Shown: positions 25,701 through 35,829 of the stretch, one piece after another
Layout: every line of letters begins with the position of its first letter
How positions within the stretch are numbered: position 1 is the first letter of the stretch
NCBI GenBank assembly: GCA_048013815.1
Contig: CM106586.1
Location: forward strand, 4,216,001 to 4,280,000
Direction: 5' to 3'
Length of the DNA stretch: 64,000 nt
Source of the DNA: Setoptus koraiensis
Lineage: Eukaryota; Animalia; Arthropoda
Made by a program: the position numbers and the translations under genes
Notes under the pieces: generated by a model
What the model saw: the letters and a program-made list of their open reading frames with translations, nothing else
The model's database searches: none
Told to the model about the DNA's origin: nothing

Positions 25701-26545
25701 CTGTTATCGACAGGCCGGCCATTAGCTGGTGGCATCGATGCCCATGCCAGTCAATAGTTAATTAAGATGCAAGTCGCAAGCTGTGGGCGAACATTCCACA
25801 GCGTCGGCCGCAGCGATACATTGTAAATGTGGTGTGTGTGTGTCGGTGTGACAGATAGTGGATAATACATATATATATATTCAAATGATCCGATCTGTAG
25901 TATCGCTGGTCGTGATTATAAACCGATTTCCAGTGAACATAATCAAAAGCTGAAATCTCTGCCGAAGCAAAGTGTGCACATTCTCAAATGTTGATTTTAT
26001 CCCCCAGAAGCCAACTTAACGGCCAACAAGCAGCACACTTGTCCACCGTTGTTTGTCTGCCCACTGGCCACTGGCCACTGTCCACTGTCAGATAATTGGA
26101 TCATGGCCCGTCTTGTGTGAACCGTTCACCTGCATTCGCTGTTGTTTGCCACATCAGCTGGCTCCGTTTGCCGTCCATCTGCGCCCCAAAATAATACGAA
26201 CCGAGCCCAAGTGACACAAACCGAGCCCAAGTAACTCAAACCGAGCCAAATAACAGGGAGTTGTCCGCTTGAGTCGCAATGAATCATCGTGCTGCTCTAG
26301 TTTACTCGACAGTTTGCCCGACAGTTTACCTGGGAGGCTTCGAGAAGCCCTCGCTGACAATGGCTCAAACAATGTGCACCGCGTCAGCCTCGCTTCGGTG
26401 TCCATCTAATCAAGCTGTTGTCGCCGCACCAACTCTCGCCTCGTCCCGTCGTGTCCCGGCTCGTCCCGTCGCCGGTGACAAGCGTCAGCGGGTACGCACA
26501 ACCTCAATATATATATGTATCGTTTATAGGTTCGCGATAGCCACC

Positions 26546-26620
26546 TATTGAGATTTGCACTATTGAGATTTGCACTATTGAGACTTGCACCACAGAGACT
26601 TGCACCACTGAGGCTTGCAC
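26546..26620. repeat. 15-bp minisatellite (TATTGAGATTTGCAC) x5 with progressive divergence
   Basis: Units: two identical copies, then TATTGAGACTTGCAC, CACAGAGACTTGCAC and CACTGAGGCTTGCAC. Confidence 0.9.
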
Positions 26621-27764
26621 CACGGAGCATCATCAATGGCACAAAAGTGGAATAGAAAGCGTGCGGACAACAATGCTCATGTCGGCCAACCAGAGAGGGA
26701 CGGGTCAAGGGCTGTCGTCGGTGCACGCTGTTGTTGCTGGTCAATAGATGGAACGGATAAAAGCGAAGGCGAGATAAAAGTCAACAAGAGCCACTGTCAC
26801 GCTTCTTTTGCAACGTGATCTATTTTTAGCAATCATTAAAACTCGCCCGCTCGCTCTCTCACTTGAAAAAGCGATCGCAGGCTGACCAGTAGCGTTTATT
26901 TCGGGACGAATAGACTTGAAGAATGCACCACAATGTGTGCCGGCACACATACAATTATAGGCCGGCAGCATCCAGCCACAATTGTCGCCGAAGTGTTGCG
27001 AAAAGAGTTGACTTGGCCCCGTCCAGCCTTGCTCGCCGTTGAGTTACCTGAAATCGGTTGAATTTGGAGCTTCTCGGCACTATGCAAATATGGTGCCAGT
27101 ATTCAGGTATATGGTGGCAGCACGGGGGAGGCACTCGTTGGAAGCGTCAAACGTTGTACAGTAGTTGCTGTTGTTGTTGTTGTCGTCGTGGTTGTTGTTG
27201 TCGTCGTGGTCGCTGTTGTTGTTGTTGCTGTTGCTGTTGCTGCTGTTTTCGCTGTTATATAGCCGTATATAGGGTAATGGCGCATGCGCGCTACTTATCC
27301 ATGTCGAGAATCATTCGAGGCAGAGGCCAGAGTGCGATTCCGAACTGGCTTTTGCCACAACAGCATGTACACACACACACACACACTCACACACACATAC
27401 ACACACACACACGCACACACACACACACACACACACTCTGTTAGAACACACATATACAGGTTTGTTTGCAGAGAGTTACGATATACAATTGCCAATCTAT
27501 CGTGTTTGTGTGCCGAAAGAATTCGCAGCTCTAAGAGATCGTCAATTGAGCTCACCGTCGACAAGCCATTGAGAGAGACCATTGAGATGGCAACAGCAAT
27601 CGCAACAACGGCAACAACAACAGCAACTGCAACAATATCATCGAATTCAAGACGACGCATCGAAACAATAGACGAACCACAACAACGACAACACAACCAG
27701 CGAGCAATCTCGAGCAAATGCACTCGTGCAAACTATGAAACACACCAATCAAATCACCTGTAGA

Positions 27765-29474
27765 ATGACCACTATGTGCGCCGGATGTGACCGGCCCATC
27801 AATGACAAATTCATATACTCTGTTATAGATAGATCCTGGCACGAGGATTGTGTTCAATGTGTCGATTGTTCATCGCGTCTCAAAGATAAGTGTTTTGCGC
27901 GAGAGGGCAAGATATACTGTCGCGACCACTACTACAGGTAAGCATCATACTATCACAAGCTTTATTATTATTATCGTTGGCATTGCATCATACGATTCCA
28001 CCACAAACAATCTAAATAATAATATAAATCATAGTAATCTAAATAATATTATCGCAGCAGTCATCTCACCAAGAGGCCACTAACACTTCTTTCACACTAT
28101 ACCTACCCCTGTCTCTCTCTCTCTCTCCATATATCGTCTTGTATGAATGTCGTCATCTATATCGTCACCCCTGCAAATACTATTGACTACCCATTCAATC
28201 TGTTCGTTCAGAAGTTTCGGCCCAAAATGCTCCAAGTGCTGCCAAGGAATTGGACCCAGCGACCTTGTGCAACGAATCAAAGATAGTATTTTTCATTTAC
28301 ATTGTTTTATTTGTTCTTTTTGCCAGAAGCTTCTATCAACCGGCGAACAATTGTACCTGATTGACAACAACAAATTTGTATGCAAGGAAGACTATATGAA
28401 GCAACAACAGTTGCACCAACAACAACAACAACAACAACCGCCTCAATCGCGACAACAGCAGCTTAAACTAAAACTTCAACCACAACCACAATCTCAACCT
28501 CAATCACCCACACAACAACAACTGCAGCAAGCCAAACAACCTGCAACAACACAATTACAACCACAAAAACCTCCATCTTTGGCCTCGCCACAAGCCCAAG
28601 CTACAGCAAATCCAGCGGTACAATTGCAAACGCAAGCCCAGTTAACCCAGTTGCATTATGACACCACATTAGCTAATAATTCAAATAATTCAATTACAAC
28701 TCTCACAACAACCACACCACCAAGATCTCAATATTCATACCCTGAACAAATGTTTCCACAATATATAGAACAACAACAGCAATCTATGTCATCGGTTCCA
28801 AACAATTGTGCCAGCGACGACGACGCCTGTTCACCTTTATCTAGTATCATAGGTAGCTCCCGATCACATGCCAATAGTATTTGTCACAGTGATTTTGGTG
28901 GTGCTGGCGGCAACGGCACAAGCAGCAACGGAACCAATGGTGGTTGCAACAACACCACCAGCACCAATGGTAGTTGTGGTGCTGGTCCTGGTGGTGGGCC
29001 TCAACCTGGTACCGGTGCAGGTTCTAATGGTGGAAACGAAACCAGTGGTGGTGCTTCTAATGACAATGGCAATAGTGGTGGAGTACTCACTAGGAATAAG
29101 AGAATGCGTACCTCATTTAAATACCACCAATTGAAAACCATGAAACAGTGGTTTGCAAAAAATCAGAATCCCGATTCAAAAGATCTCAAGCAGCTTGCAG
29201 CGGCGACAGGACTTTCCAAACGAGTTCTTCAGGTAAGACGACAACAACAAGCCTCCATTAATAGCAATTGAATAGCGACATTCTTAACAGTAAGAGATAA
29301 TTGTACTAACTACCTTCATCCTTCGCTTCTGTACAGGTTTGGTTCCAGAATGCAAGAGCAAAAGACCGTCGTAACAATCTACGTAATAGCCATCATTTTG
29401 ACCATCACAATCTACATGGTCAACAATCCCAATCATCTAGTTTGCTGAACAGTTGCTCGGCTTTACTACCTTAG
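27765..29474 (+). CDS. LIM-homeobox transcription factor, ~443 aa (exons 27765..27937, 28212..29232, 29337..29474); Lim1-type LIM domains with an Apterous-type homeodomain
   Basis: LIM1 is [12 protein letters not shown]...[11 protein letters not shown]...CRDHYYR and LIM2 is [14 protein letters not shown]...[11 protein letters not shown]...CKEDYM. The homeodomain is [45 protein letters not shown]|[12 protein letters not shown]. Both introns are GT-AG and in phase, and intron 2 has a TACTAAC branch point at 29304. AATAAA at 29569. The start codon is uncertain (27735, 27765 or 27774, or an unseen upstream exon). Confidence 0.93.
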
Positions 29475-29644
29475 ATGATTCACGCGATTCAATGTCGTGT
29501 AAATTAATATAGCCATATCAGGAACAACAATGAGAACAGAACAGCCAATCTATAAAGTGCAATCATTCAATAAAAAGTAATATTTTGTAAGTCACCATGT
29601 ATCTCACTCGGACAATAGTGTATGGAACATTTTAATTGGGTTAA

Positions 29645-30409
29645 TTAGCTTTTCTGCTGCTCTTCTTCTTTTTGTGTCTCTTCTTTCTGCGTCTCCTCTT
29701 TCTGTGCCTCTTCATTTTGCTCCTCTACTTTTTCCACTTCTTCTTTCTGCTCTGGCTGGCCATGCGACCCGTCGGATTTGTTGTTGTTCCCTTTATTCTT
29801 CTTCTGCAGATACTTTTCTTTCTTCTCTGCTTTCCTTTTGCCGTATGCATCCAGGTCCTCTTTTAGAAGTTCTCTATCTTTTAATTTTAAAAGTTGCATA
29901 TCCAATACTTTTTTTGCGTCCTCTTGTTTCTTGAAGACAGCCATAATGCAACCCTTAAAGGCTCTAGTTTTGAAATGTCGTCTCATAGATACAGACTCCA
30001 CCTCACCAAATCTTTCGCAAAACCTGTGTAGATCGTCGAACGTTGAATCCAATGGAAAGCCTGAAATGTGCAACGTGCGAGCCTTAAGCTCCTTCTTGAA
30101 TTCATCTATATCGGGCAATGGCTTGGTGCGTCTCACTTTGCTCTTACAAGAGCTTAATTCCAGAAAGCCTTCGGTACCATGATTCTCCAGTGACTTGGCT
30201 AGTTCTCCCGGATCTTCGGTTAGATTTTTCAATCGCTGGAATGTGAGTAATGTTGTTAATTTGATCCAGCCATCGTCTTTCTTGAATTCATCCAGTAGGA
30301 ATTTGTCGTTGACGACATTGACATCACTGAAGTAATATTCTAATTGATTAGCCACTTTAGATAGTTCGTTGTCTAGTTTCTGCTTCTTAGAAACCTTGTT
30401 GTCTTCCAT
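29645..30409 (-). CDS. SSB: La autoantigen-like protein (La motif + RRM1), 254 aa, intronless
   Basis: La motif QLEYYFSDVNVVNDKFL...DGWIKLTTLLTFQRL. RRM with RTLHISGFP (RNP2) and FKGCIMAVF (RNP1). Basic then acidic tail. Confidence 0.9.
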   Translation of the reverse strand: MEDNKVSKKQKLDNELSKVANQLEYYFSDVNVVNDKFLLDEFKKDDGWIKLTTLLTFQRLKNLTEDPGELAKSLENHGTEGFLELSSCKSKVRRTKPLPDIDEFKKELKARTLHISGFPLDSTFDDLHRFCERFGEVESVSMRRHFKTRAFKGCIMAVFKKQEDAKKVLDMQLLKLKDRELLKEDLDAYGKRKAEKKEKYLQKKNKGNNNKSDGSHGQPEQKEEVEKVEEQNEEAQKEETQKEETQKEEEQQKS

Positions 30410-30760
30410 GATGATATATGTATGTTGGAAATTTTATCTTAATTTATTTCAAACCAAACCATTCGGTTGCATATCGAGAGTGAAGAATGAACGAGCTCCA
30501 CATGGGCGAAATGGCCGACCCAAATCGGCGAAACGCACGCCGTTCATATTAATCGAGCGCCAAACTTAAATTTCAAAACAAATCTTATGTAAGGGAATTT
30601 CGTACAGTGCAAACAACCATTTCAACGCGGACCAATGACATTGCGTTAGAGAATAGTCCAACTATTTTTATATATTCATGTATTATTAATTATTATTATT
30701 ATTGTTATATTTATATTTATTATTGTTGAGTATTTATCTCGTCCATTCGAGCTTCTAATC
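30410..30760. promoter_or_regulatory. Putative bidirectional promoter between head-to-head La and RAD17
   Basis: Only 351 bp separate the two divergent start codons. No specific core element identified. Confidence 0.6.
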
Positions 30761-32542
30761 ATGGACACGGACAGTTTATGGATATCAAAACCTCCTGCAA
30801 CCAGGGAAGAGTTGGAACGCGTCGTCAGAAGAGAAAAGATTGATGCACTGGCCTCATGGCTCACAAAACATTTCACTTGTGATCAAAGAAGTTACATCGA
30901 GAAATCACCTATACTCATATTGAAAGGGGCCTCAGGGTGCGGCAAAACAACCACTCTAAGATTGCTGGCAAACGAAATAGGCATTCCGATTCAAGAGTAT
31001 CATGACACTGTCGACGATACAGCTGTTTTCACTGCAACCAAACAAATTAAGTCGGAGCCGACATCTTTTGATTTTGATAAAAGACAAGCCAACAAATTTG
31101 AGCAATTTGTTCTGAATAATCTCAAATTCCCCAATCTGTCCGCATTTAACCAGACGCCAAAGAACAATTCTACGGGCCACCCTTCAACCTCACAAACAAA
31201 GAAGCCTCAATCGAGTAGATTGTCGCCCACTCTCGGTGTGATTATACTTGTTGAAACCCCTATGAGTATTGTCAGATCTAGAAACGTACTCATTGAAACA
31301 ATGTTTCGTTTGAGGCAGCATATAAAACAGCTGTCTAGACGTATCAGGAGAAGAGCTGCCATAATATTTGAGACACTCGAAAATGAAGCCTATTTATTGT
31401 TGCCTGACAAGACTAAGCAACAGCTGCAAATTGATATTATTACTTTCAATCCAGTCACCAAAACAAATCTAGTGAAACTCATCAAAACGTTCATTGGCGA
31501 ACGTGTACTCGACAAAGAGCAAATCAACACAATTGTGAACCAATGCGACGGGGACGTTCGCTCTTGCATCAATTCGCTTCAGATTATGTTCCAGCATAAG
31601 TTTGATTTGAATGATATACAATTCGCTCATCCATCGAAAGCGAAAAGAATCAAGCATGATACGTCCTTGAATACAGCCATGCTCAAAGGAGAGAACCTAC
31701 ATGTTAACTTTTTTCATATTCTGGGAAAAATATTTTATCAGAAGCGCATATATCCAGATAATTCGTCTGGGCGTCAAATGGATTCAACAAGATACCGCCC
31801 ATTTGTCACATGTGGAGGTCAGGACGGCCAATCAATGAACTATAGGTCCATCGATCGACCTTATCCAACTGAAAATAGTTCGGAATCAATACGAGAAATG
31901 TTGGATGTCAGTCCAGATACCTTGATTTCATGGTTACATCATAACTACTCGGAATTCTGTGATTTCAGAGATATCTCTAAGGCGTCAACTTTCACTGAAA
32001 ATTTGAGTTGCGCTGACATGATCTCGCTCAACATGTGCCAATCAACTCAGTTCTTTGAATCTCAATATCTCAAATACATTTGTGATCAAATTCAATCCAT
32101 CATTGCCATCGAATCAACCACATATAGCCTCTATACTGACAATTCGAAAAAAGAAACTAGCAATAGTAGCAAGAAAAAGATTATTGTTAATGGGAGGACG
32201 GGGATAGTCAAATCTAGTGTGGACCATCAAAACAAGACTTTGAGTTTTGAAAAACCACCGTTTCACCTATTTAACAATCTACTAAAAAACTATGAATTTC
32301 TCGTAGAAAAATGTTCGATAGATCTCATGATGATTGACCGTAGAAAAGTTTACCTAGATTATATGCCTTATGGATTAGATCTTAATCATTCGCAAGCCTT
32401 CTTCCAGTCTTTTTGCGAAAAATATAATTCATTCAACTCTGCTAGATCAAATGATGAATATGAAAACTTAGATCACGAACTCAAGAATATTATAGATGAT
32501 TATAGTCACCAAGTGTCAGAGAATTTCATGAATGAAGAATAA
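30761..32542 (+). CDS. RAD17: Cell-cycle checkpoint clamp loader RAD17, 593 aa, intronless
   Basis: N-terminal W..K..P...EEL...R.KI motif, Walker A LILKGASGCGKTTT, Walker B-like IILVE, ITFNPVTKT, CDGDVRSCINSLQ, and FFHILGKIFYQKR. Confidence 0.92.
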   Translation: MDTDSLWISKPPATREELERVVRREKIDALASWLTKHFTCDQRSYIEKSPILILKGASGCGKTTTLRLLANEIGIPIQEYHDTVDDTAVFTATKQIKSEPTSFDFDKRQANKFEQFVLNNLKFPNLSAFNQTPKNNSTGHPSTSQTKKPQSSRLSPTLGVIILVETPMSIVRSRNVLIETMFRLRQHIKQLSRRIRRRAAIIFETLENEAYLLLPDKTKQQLQIDIITFNPVTKTNLVKLIKTFIGERVLDKEQINTIVNQCDGDVRSCINSLQIMFQHKFDLNDIQFAHPSKAKRIKHDTSLNTAMLKGENLHVNFFHILGKIFYQKRIYPDNSSGRQMDSTRYRPFVTCGGQDGQSMNYRSIDRPYPTENSSESIREMLDVSPDTLISWLHHNYSEFCDFRDISKASTFTENLSCADMISLNMCQSTQFFESQYLKYICDQIQSIIAIESTTYSLYTDNSKKETSNSSKKKIIVNGRTGIVKSSVDHQNKTLSFEKPPFHLFNNLLKNYEFLVEKCSIDLMMIDRRKVYLDYMPYGLDLNHSQAFFQSFCEKYNSFNSARSNDEYENLDHELKNIIDDYSHQVSENFMNEE

Positions 32543-32577
32543 AATAATCACTATGTATTACAATTTACTGTATACAA

Positions 32578-34185
32578 TCATAAGTACAGTTGAGATGTTC
32601 GCTTTCCATCTTGTCTTGCTATTTTCCTTGCGTTAGTTTTTTCTGAGGTGCCACGTATTTTCTTCGAAGATTTTATATAAAGTGGATGAGTCTCTGCGAG
32701 ATTAAGAATAAGATGTCAAAGTTAGAATGAATCTGGCTTATTTGAAATAAACATAGAACAACCACAGATTGAAAACTTACCGTCCTTAGGGGCATTTTCT
32801 AAATGAATTTCTATAACTGGGGAGTCTAAATCCATGGGACTTTCTTCAGGGACGGCACATAGAGGTACTTCACTTGAGGTGTTGTTCGAGGTGCAATCGG
32901 AGTCCTGTTCAATACCTTCAATAACCACAGGTAAGAATATAAGTGCGTTGGGATCTTCACCTTCTTCATCGCTGCTCACTAATTCTCTTTCTGACTTCAA
33001 AGCTATGACATCGACATCCTCGTTCTCGTCGTCGTTGTTTGGATCATTCTGATTTGGCTTGTTGTCTTCATCCTCTAGATCGAATTCAGATTCTCGTTCC
33101 TCGTATTCCATGTTCTCTTCGAGTTCTTTAAAATCAGGTGCAAAGGCTGACCAATTTTCAATCTGAGCCTTAGACCAAATGGAAACATAACCACTAGATA
33201 TGCTGGCCATGATTGGTCTCAAAGGGTGCCATTGTATATCAAGGAGTAGCTCGCCTTTCGTTCCTTGGAGCATCTTTTTTATTGTACCGGTTTCTGTTTC
33301 CCAAATATAGAGTGCATGTTGACGAGCGGATCCACCACAAACGTGGGCCGCTTCTCCTGAAAAACAACATCTTCTCCACATGGTTTTGTTTACGAGGTCT
33401 TGAAATTTTCTGATCTCCTCGCAAGTACCATTGATACCGGCCTTGATTGCGTCTTCACACCTGAATAGACGTATTGTTCGGTCTGATGAATTGACAAGAA
33501 AATATGTTTTGCTACGTGCAGCAAATTCAATCTCTCTGATAGCTGCGGGCGTTGAACCGGATGTCTGTATTTTGAATGATGATATTATATCCACTTTAGT
33601 TGATTCGTCGATAGTTTTGGGACATTTGAGTATCACAATACGGCCTCGAGCGTTACCTGTATAAATGTACTGCCCACGTCGGTCGAATGAGGCAATGACA
33701 TTGGGATCGGCTTCGTCGGGATCCGTGGGAAGTATAATGTGCTTGCTAGTTTCTTTTTCATAGATAACCTGTAATAGTATGGCTGCATGCTTGAGAGGAC
33801 AAACAAGTAGCAGATCATCATTTCTTGGATTAAATTGAACCTTGAGAATAGGCGAGGGGAATTTCCAGCGCATGGAACAATTGCTTGACATGACATCCCA
33901 GACGGCAATAGTGTTATCGGTGGCTGCCGACACTAGCCTACGCCCATTCCTGGACCAGCTAACCGAACACACTGGATGTGCGTGTCCCTGTATACTCTTG
34001 GCGACACCACGAGTTAGGAAGTCCCATATGACAACGCGTCCGTCGTTACATCCCACTGCAAGTAATGATCCTTGTCGATTGAATGAACAACAAATAGCTA
34101 AACTCATACAGTCTAGTACGCCGTCGAATTCCTCTGGCAAATTCTCCAAATTTGAGGATTGTATAAAGGCCAAACTGAGTGTCAT
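32578..34185 (-). CDS. RBBP5: Retinoblastoma-binding protein 5 (COMPASS/MLL subunit), ~506 aa (exons 34185..32781, 32693..32578)
   Basis: WD40 repeats (LLAVGCNDGRVVIWDFLTRG) and WSAFAPDFKELEENMEYEERESEFDLEDED. Donor G|gtaagt at 32780 and acceptor cgcag| at 32694 rebuild the conserved APKD|ETHPL junction. Confidence 0.95.
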
Positions 34186-35244
34186 CGTGAATACTGTCGT
34201 GCGAGTGAGAGAATATTAAAAAAGATGATCTGATATGCTATGACAATGGTGCCGACTGGTAGTTGGAGGCGAGCCAAGATTTCATTAAGATATTATTGTC
34301 AGTTGATTTGATTGAATGTGTAGTGTGTTAAATTCATTAAATGTGTGTAGTATGTACAAGATGTGTGCTGAAGTTGATTGATAATTGATTAATAATTGAT
34401 AAATGACAATAACGATAAGACGGTCAGGTGACCAGACACATAGAAACGGGTGCTGCAATGACCACGGCGTCTAATGGCAACGATGAGAGCAGCAACAACA
34501 TGAGCAACACTGCAATTTGCAAAACAAAAATGTAGGTAAGTTTCTGTCATTGACACAAACAACCATTGTGTGTCTGTTTTTAATGAACACCATGTACGTT
34601 GTGTGCATGCGTGTGTGTGTGAGCATAAGAAACACAGACAGGCACACAGACAGACAGACAGACTGAGAGAGTGCATTGACAGCGCAATCTGTCTCGCTCT
34701 GTTCTGCCGTGTTCTGCGGCAATCGAACTTCTTGTCCGATGCAACACAACGCACGTCTTAGTGGCCAATCAAACACCCCGCATAAAGTTGCGCTGACTGT
34801 GAAAGCCACCGAGGGCTTAATTTGAAAAAACTCTAAAACCAAGACTCGACACTGTTGCGCATTCCAACACTTTCGGGGATTTTGCCATCTCCTCTACCCT
34901 TGAGGCTTTTTTGTAGCACCCTGTACGTGTGAGCGCATTGCATTGCCGGCTCGCGAGCGGCTAAAAAGTTCGATTCTCGTCCTCGATCGAACTTTTTTTT
35001 GTTGGTTTGTATTTCATCTCTAGGCGCTAACACACGAGCCATTGTCCCATTTGGTCACACTTTCACTTTTGCACTTTGTAGTTACAGCAGTACATTAATT
35101 AATTACAAATAACCCATCCGACAGCAATAAATTATTTTACTGTTGAAATAAAAAACAATTAACTTTCACAATCACTTTTCCATTACAACTAGAGCACCAC
35201 ATTAGAAGAATCGACGTACGTTGATAGAGAAACAAGACAAGACG

Positions 35245-35643
35245 ATGGAACAACGATATCAGCAAAACTTGGCCAACAATATGCCATTGCAAAATAACTC
35301 GCACCAAGATCAACCCATGGAAGTCAATCAAGGCAACCCACAAGAACAGCAAGCAGAACAGCAAGCTTGTGAAAATTACAATGACAGTGTTGTAGAAAAC
35401 GAAACCAGGAGTGATCTCGGCCCAAACACCGAGTCGCGCAATATTGACCTGGATCAGGCAGCCGATGATCTTACTATGATGATCAAAACGATGGCTAAAA
35501 CTAGCCAGACTTTGAAGAAGATCAAATTTGAGTCTCTCAGTACTTTGGTCAGTCTATACTCGAAGATTGACATACCCCTCCTAGTGATGGATACATTAGA
35601 GAAGGAAATGTTTGAAACTCTACCAAGAGTTGAAAATATATAA
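35245..35643 (+). CDS. Small hypothetical protein, 132 aa (Q/N/E-rich N-terminus, helical C-terminus)
   Basis: Open frame from ATG 35245 inside the dense gene block, with AATAAA at 35707 downstream. Family not recognised. Confidence 0.6.
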   Translation: MEQRYQQNLANNMPLQNNSHQDQPMEVNQGNPQEQQAEQQACENYNDSVVENETRSDLGPNTESRNIDLDQAADDLTMMIKTMAKTSQTLKKIKFESLSTLVSLYSKIDIPLLVMDTLEKEMFETLPRVENI

Positions 35644-35829
35644 TTACGGAGTACGGACCAATAGCTCAAACTGGGGTCCCTGGGTCGAGCAAGTTAAAGA
35701 TATTCAAATAAAATGACAAACTTTTGTATTCACTAACAGGGTGTTTGATTTATTTGTTTGATGTAATGAACTATCTATCCGATTGCTTGTAGATTGAATC
35801 ATAACGATTTACAGGTTAACAGTTGTTCA

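Noticed and set aside
8800-27700. Dozens of 60-240 aa ORFs (poly-CV, poly-HT, poly-T/Q/L, 13780..14499, 15563..16249)
   Set aside because: They are produced by microsatellites and stop-poor GC-rich repeats, overlap in several frames at once, and carry no protein motifs.
32722-32780. ORF-track C-terminus of RBBP5 (GKFSICGCSMFISNKPDSF)
   Set aside because: Read-through into an intron. A GTAAGT donor and a downstream exon restore the conserved D|ETHPL.
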